Shown in pieces: positions 59,508 through 64,000 of a stretch of DNA of 64,000 nt. Source of the stretch: a virus (taxonomy: Duplodnaviria > Caudoviricetes); IMG/VR virus record IMGVR_UViG_2595698595_000001, positions 64,001 to 128,000 of that record. One strand, written 5' to 3'. The notes beneath the pieces were generated by a model, which saw only the letters and a list, made by a program, of their open reading frames with translations, made no database searches and had not been told where the DNA came from. The translations under genes were made by a program, and so were the position numbers. Positions within the stretch are counted from its first letter, which is position 1, and each line of letters opens with the position of its first letter.

Positions 59508-60488
59508 ATGAAACTATCAATAGCTCTAACAATTCCATTTTGGAACGTACATAAATCAGAAAAAGAAAGATCAGAAAACATAGGATATTGTATGAAATCC
59601 TTGAACAAATATGCTAAATGGCATAATGAACGTTCTAAGAATACAAAACTAGATATCATACTTTGTAATATGGGTGAGGAAGTTCATCCATTATATCCTG
59701 AAGCTAGATTCTATCAACATACTGGTTTGAAATATCGTTTCGAAAAACCAACTAGAATGAATACATTGTTTCTAGATTTAGATGAATATAAATTCGTTGG
59801 TATGTGCGATCCAGACTTAATAGTTCTTGAAAGCAATTATGAACGTTTATTCGAAACTTTAGAATATGAATTAGATTTAGACGTAATGCTTACATATTCT
59901 TTCGTCAGAACAAAACCAGAGTTACGTGAACTTATATCAACTTCAGATTTTGAAACTCAACATTTAGAAAATCATCCATTAATTTTAGAAGCTAATCGAT
60001 ATTCTGAAGCTTGGGGAATCTGTGGAGGTATATTTTTCATGGGTCGTGAAGCTTTCATAAAAGTTGGAGGATTCAATGAAGAATATCGAGTTTATGGAAT
60101 GGACGATGTTGACTTTACTAATAGATTTCTGTTAAACGATTATATCGTTAAGAAGTTTCCTGAAGTATTGTTTCATCACTTATTTCACCCTAGAACTTTA
60201 GAAAATTCAGATGAAGCTGAATTGGAAAGATATAAACAGGAACTTACTTACTGGTATATCAATAAGAAAAACTTTGAAGAACAAATAGAAATTCCAAAAT
60301 CTGATAGACTTGTAAGAAATCATATTTCTGAAAGATTCTTAGAATTAGCTAAACGTGATGAAAACTTCTTAGAACATGAAGTTAAATTTACTACAGATTT
60401 AACAAAATTCGATCTAACTAGATTCCCAGAAAAATTCCAAAGACAAATAGGAATTCTTAAAGATGATCCAAATAAATTTTACGGATAA
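59508..60488 (+). CDS. GT-A fold glycosyltransferase
   Basis: DPD motif, VGGFNEEYRVYGMDDVDF..R, HLFH; promoter AACATC-N11-TAGTATAAT at 59474-59499. Confidence 0.85.
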   Translation: MKLSIALTIPFWNVHKSEKERSENIGYCMKSLNKYAKWHNERSKNTKLDIILCNMGEEVHPLYPEARFYQHTGLKYRFEKPTRMNTLFLDLDEYKFVGMCDPDLIVLESNYERLFETLEYELDLDVMLTYSFVRTKPELRELISTSDFETQHLENHPLILEANRYSEAWGICGGIFFMGREAFIKVGGFNEEYRVYGMDDVDFTNRFLLNDYIVKKFPEVLFHHLFHPRTLENSDEAELERYKQELTYWYINKKNFEEQIEIPKSDRLVRNHISERFLELAKRDENFLEHEVKFTTDLTKFDLTRFPEKFQRQIGILKDDPNKFYG

Positions 60489-60504
60489 GACCAAAACGAA
60501 ACAT

Positions 60505-61500
60505 ATGAAACATATTGCATTTACGATTCCATTTTGGAATGTAGGAAACGAAAAAGAAAGATTAGAAAACATAGGATACGTTAAACGTTCTTGTGACAAT
60601 TTCGCAGACTATTTCAACAAAAACAATAAGAACGATTTCAAGATAGATGTAATCCTAGCTAATCTTGGTGAAGAAATCAATCCGTTATATCCTGAAGCTA
60701 GATTCTATCAACATACTGGTTTAAAATATCGTTTCGAAAAACCAACCAGAATGAATACTTTGTTTCTAGATTTACTAGAAGAAGGATATGATTTCGTTGG
60801 TATGTGTGATCCTGATATCATACTATTCGAAGAATACTTTGAGAAGCTAACTAAGAATATCGAAGATAATCTTGATTATTTCTCAATGCTTACATATTCT
60901 GTAGCAAGAACAAAACCGGAATTACGAAAGGATTTAATTCTAGAAACTAGAGAATTTCAACATCTTTCAAATCATGAACTAATTATCGAATCTAATGCAC
61001 AAGCTGAAAACTGGCGAGTTTGTGGTGGTGCTTATTTCATGTCATTAGAATTCTTCCGTGATTTAGGAGGATGGAACGAAGATTACAGAGTTTATGGAAT
61101 GGACGATGACGATTATACTTTCAGATTCGAATTAACTGGTGGTAGCGTTGTAACAGATACATCGATTATTTGGCATCATCTTTGGCATCCAACAGTATTG
61201 GGTACAGCACCTGATTACGAATTAGAAAGATACGAATATGAATGCATGTATCGTAGACTTTCTAAGGATGTTTATGAAGAACAAATCAAATCGCATCTGT
61301 GTGATAGAACTAATCGATTGGAGCATCTTTCTGATAGATTCAATAAAGCATATAGTTATCCAGATTCATTCATTAAAGCTGCTAAGACTAACAATGTATT
61401 CAGTTACGAAATCGGTAAAAGGTCTATCGAAACTATGCCAATCGAAATCAAACGTAAATTGGGATTAGTTAATGATGATAAATTTTATGGTTCTTGTTAA
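60505..61500 (+). CDS. GT-A fold glycosyltransferase, paralogue of 59508
   Basis: DPD, LGGWNEDYRVYGMDDDDY..R, HLWH; ATG 60505 aligns with the paralogue start. Confidence 0.85.
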   Translation: MKHIAFTIPFWNVGNEKERLENIGYVKRSCDNFADYFNKNNKNDFKIDVILANLGEEINPLYPEARFYQHTGLKYRFEKPTRMNTLFLDLLEEGYDFVGMCDPDIILFEEYFEKLTKNIEDNLDYFSMLTYSVARTKPELRKDLILETREFQHLSNHELIIESNAQAENWRVCGGAYFMSLEFFRDLGGWNEDYRVYGMDDDDYTFRFELTGGSVVTDTSIIWHHLWHPTVLGTAPDYELERYEYECMYRRLSKDVYEEQIKSHLCDRTNRLEHLSDRFNKAYSYPDSFIKAAKTNNVFSYEIGKRSIETMPIEIKRKLGLVNDDKFYGSC

Positions 61501-61509
61501 TCAAATGAC

Positions 61510-61545
61510 CCTAGTATGTAACTTTCGATACATACTAGGTACTAT
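61510..61545 (+). promoter_or_regulatory. hairpin containing an early-type promoter
   Basis: CCTAGTATGTA...TACATACTAGG; AACTTT-N11-AGGTACTAT. Confidence 0.6.
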
Positions 61546-61574
61546 ACATTCATAATCACATATTAATATATCAA

Positions 61575-62180
61575 ATGAAATTAGTTATCGTAGAAGGAAT
61601 AGATAGAATCGGTAAAACTACATTCATATCAAATCTGAAAACAAAACTTGAAGAAACTAATTCTGATGTAATCATTGATAATAGAGTTCCGGTATGGTGC
61701 CCAAGGATAGCTTTGAATCATCCACCATATTGTTATGAATATTACAATGCTTTCGCATGGTCTCAGTTTCTTGAAATGTTGAAACTTTTCAATCATAAGG
61801 ATTCGATTATTATCATGGACAGACATCATGGTAGTTCAGAAGCTTATGGAATCATAAAACGTAAATCCATAATAGAAGAACTTTACGAATCAGTTGACAT
61901 TTTCAAAGAACGTATTCAAGAATTTGAAATCGAAATGATGAAACTTCTTGGAGAATCGAATGTTCATTATGTACAGTTTATTGCTGACAAGATTGGTATC
62001 AAGGACGATATAACGAAACTTGAAGATTTGAAATCAGTTAACAAGTATTACGAAGAAACTTTCGATAATCGTAAAATCAAAAACAAGTATCTGATAAAAC
62101 TTGAATCAGATGAAAACTTTGAAACGAACATCATGACTCATTTGGATTGGTTAAGTAAATTAATCAATGAAACTAAGTAA
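61575..62180 (+). CDS. thymidylate/dNMP kinase-like P-loop kinase
   Basis: VEGIDRIGKTT, MDRHHGSSEAYG. Confidence 0.8.
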   Translation: MKLVIVEGIDRIGKTTFISNLKTKLEETNSDVIIDNRVPVWCPRIALNHPPYCYEYYNAFAWSQFLEMLKLFNHKDSIIIMDRHHGSSEAYGIIKRKSIIEELYESVDIFKERIQEFEIEMMKLLGESNVHYVQFIADKIGIKDDITKLEDLKSVNKYYEETFDNRKIKNKYLIKLESDENFETNIMTHLDWLSKLINETK

Positions 62181-62250
62181 ATCAGATAAGTATAATATTC
62201 TTTTAAAATACATATATTCATTAAACACTAAAAACCCTTAATTAAACGCC

Positions 62251-63300
62251 ATGAGTACAGAAATCCAAAACCCTTTCGCAATCTTTCAAACAAACATCGA
62301 AGACATCAAATCATTTGATGAGGTTGAAGGTGGAAATCGTATCGATTTTTCCAAAATCTTTTACGAACCAACACCCGATGAAGATGGTAAAAAGCCTTAC
62401 ATTGCTGCTATCAAATTCTTACCAAACATCTACAATCCACTTGACCCAGTTGTTCAGAAATCATTTTACAAACTAACACACCCTGATACGGGAAAACGTT
62501 TGTACTGGGATTCTCCTTCTTCAATCGGTGAAGCATGTATTGTAATGAACGAATTCTTCCGTTTGAGAAATGAAAAAGATGATGCACGTTCACAAAACCT
62601 TGCTAAGCAATATGCTCGTACTCGTCAAGCATGTGCTGTAATCCAAATTATTAAAGACCCTCAAAATCCAGAATTGGATGGTCAATTCCGTTTATTCCGT
62701 ATGCAATTAGATGGTGATGTTCACAAAGCTATCAAATCTAAAATCAAGCCTACGAAAGAGGAAATGGAACTTGATCCAGACTTGAAAGGATATGATGTTT
62801 TCAATCCATTTGGGTCACCAACTTATCGTTTAAAAGTTCTACAAACTGCTAACGGTCGTGATTTCTCTGGTTCTACTTGGCATGACACATTTGTTGGAAT
62901 GCAACTTCCAGAATTAGATAAAGAAGGTAACGAAGTTGTTAAAGATGGTAAGACTGTTTACAAACAAATCACTGCGGAAGATGCTACTAACACTGAGGTT
63001 CAAAACCGAATTGTTGAAGCATTGAAAGCTGATCACATCAACATTAAAGAACATTTCGCATATAAACCTGCGGATGCTAATCGTGTTGAACTTGTAAAAC
63101 GTGCTATCAAGAAAATGTCTAACGCTCCTGTTGATTTAGCTCCTTCAGCTGAAAGTGCACCAGATCAAAATGCTGCAAAACCTGAAGAAACTAAACAAGA
63201 AACTCCTACGGAAACTAAACCAACTGAAACAGCTCCTGAGGTTACTAAACCAACTTCCGATGATGCAAAATCAGATGTATTTGACGAATTAGGAATTTAA
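62251..63300 (+). CDS. gp32: single-stranded DNA-binding protein
   Basis: IKFLP, IQIIKDPQNPELDGQ, DVFNPF, acidic tail DVFDELGI. Confidence 0.85.
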   Translation: MSTEIQNPFAIFQTNIEDIKSFDEVEGGNRIDFSKIFYEPTPDEDGKKPYIAAIKFLPNIYNPLDPVVQKSFYKLTHPDTGKRLYWDSPSSIGEACIVMNEFFRLRNEKDDARSQNLAKQYARTRQACAVIQIIKDPQNPELDGQFRLFRMQLDGDVHKAIKSKIKPTKEEMELDPDLKGYDVFNPFGSPTYRLKVLQTANGRDFSGSTWHDTFVGMQLPELDKEGNEVVKDGKTVYKQITAEDATNTEVQNRIVEALKADHINIKEHFAYKPADANRVELVKRAIKKMSNAPVDLAPSAESAPDQNAAKPEETKQETPTETKPTETAPEVTKPTSDDAKSDVFDELGI

Positions 63301-63331
63301 TCGACAATCGACAATCGTTTGGATCAATTAA

Positions 63332-63378
63332 AAAGAAGGGTTGTGTAATTTACACAACCCTTCTTTCGTTTATACATA
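63332..63378 (+). terminator. terminator plus late promoter (63371-63378)
   Basis: AAAGAAGGGTTGTGTAA-T-TTACACAACCCTTCTTT then TATACATA. Confidence 0.8.
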
Positions 63379-63403
63379 TTTTTCAAAACGTATTATGTGA
63401 CCT

Positions 63404-64000
63404 ATGGTACTAGAATTTGTATATAACTTTTCGTTACTAAGAGTAGTAAGTGCTACTAAAGAAGAACATGAGCAATTAATGCTTATCGCTACTGGACAAA
63501 ACTATAATTTTCAGACTAAATCATATTGGGAAGAATGTTTCTATAAGAATTATGAATATCTTCCTGCAGGTATGTGGAAACGTGTACTAGAACTTAATAG
63601 AGCTAAGAATCCATGGCATGTTCATATTACTAATCTTAACGATTTCGTTAGAACTGATATTACAAAAGAAAAACTTCAAGAATGGGTAGACTCCCAGAAC
63701 CTCATATATGATCCTTATTACTATCAAGCTGATGCTTTCTTTAAATTGATAAAGTTTCCACGATCTAAAGCTGAAATCGGTACAGGTGGTGGTAAGACTT
63801 TCACAGCGTGTTTATTAGCTAGATATTACTTACAGAATATACTAGAACCTGGACAGAAAGTATTAATCGTTGTACCACGTAGAGCTCTAGTTGATCAGTT
63901 CTTATCTGACTTAAAGAAATACTGTGATGATGGATATTTGATTATCGATTCTGAATATTCTGGAGGTAGAAACTATGCTAACTCAAATGTTATCGTTGGA
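63404..64000 (+). CDS. uvsW: SF2 helicase, UvsW-like (runs off the window; absent from the ORF track)
   Basis: My translation gives PYYYQ, Walker A IGTGGGKT, VLIVVPRRALVDQF. Confidence 0.85.
   Translation, partial: MVLEFVYNFSLLRVVSATKEEHEQLMLIATGQNYNFQTKSYWEECFYKNYEYLPAGMWKRVLELNRAKNPWHVHITNLNDFVRTDITKEKLQEWVDSQNLIYDPYYYQADAFFKLIKFPRSKAEIGTGGGKTFTACLLARYYLQNILEPGQKVLIVVPRRALVDQFLSDLKKYCDDGYLIIDSEYSGGRNYANSNVIVG

Noticed and set aside
20651-61468. Small alternative-frame + ORFs nested in larger genes (20651, 30374, 32259, 51045, 56924, 61238)
   Set aside because: Fully nested in or overlapping stronger genes with no independent initiation context
249-62593. Minus-strand ORFs in the track (e.g. 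4999-5706, 45684-46106, 58543-58929)
   Set aside because: All lie antisense to well-supported + genes, show no motifs, and are expected shadows of biased codon usage
1-64000. Stop-codon reassignment, tRNA or rRNA genes
   Set aside because: Conserved genes are full length in the standard code with dense packing; no cloverleaf or rRNA-like sequence recognised in the short intergenic gaps

Overview
A 64-kb, AT-rich segment of a large T4-like (Tevenvirinae-style gene set, probably jumbo) myophage genome. Every credible gene is on the + strand. Starts lack Shine-Dalgarno motifs and have A-rich leaders, which suggests a Bacteroidota-type host (inference). Recognisable modules: tail genes (sheath end, tube, gp26/gp51-like chaperones, tape measure, fibre-like proteins, a 1857-aa BspA/DUF285 repeat protein, baseplate), head genes (gp4, gp2, portal, prohead protease, scaffold, major capsid), a gp55-like late sigma factor, and replication/nucleotide genes (a family-B DNA polymerase split in two genes, clamp-like protein, dUTPase/dCTPase, DHFR, DnaQ-like exonuclease, RuvC-like resolvase, dNMP kinase, gp32 SSB, UvsW) plus three tandem glycosyltransferases. 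Main finding: about 17 otherwise unrelated genes share an N-terminal MKT(L/I)xxL(Y/F)E leader resembling the T4 capsid-targeting sequence, mostly behind late promoters, and several carry enzyme-like cargo (ART-fold, Cys-His-Asp, PRTase). This looks like a large, possibly shufflable library of virion-packaged effectors. Also seen: a variant late promoter TATACATA, a fixed-spacing early-type promoter AAC-N17-TA(C/T)(A/T)AT, hairpins that bury start codons next to late promoters, a -1 slippery site in the scaffold gene, and an unannotated 47-aa Tudor/CarD-like ORF. All product calls come from motif recognition by eye; no database searches were run.
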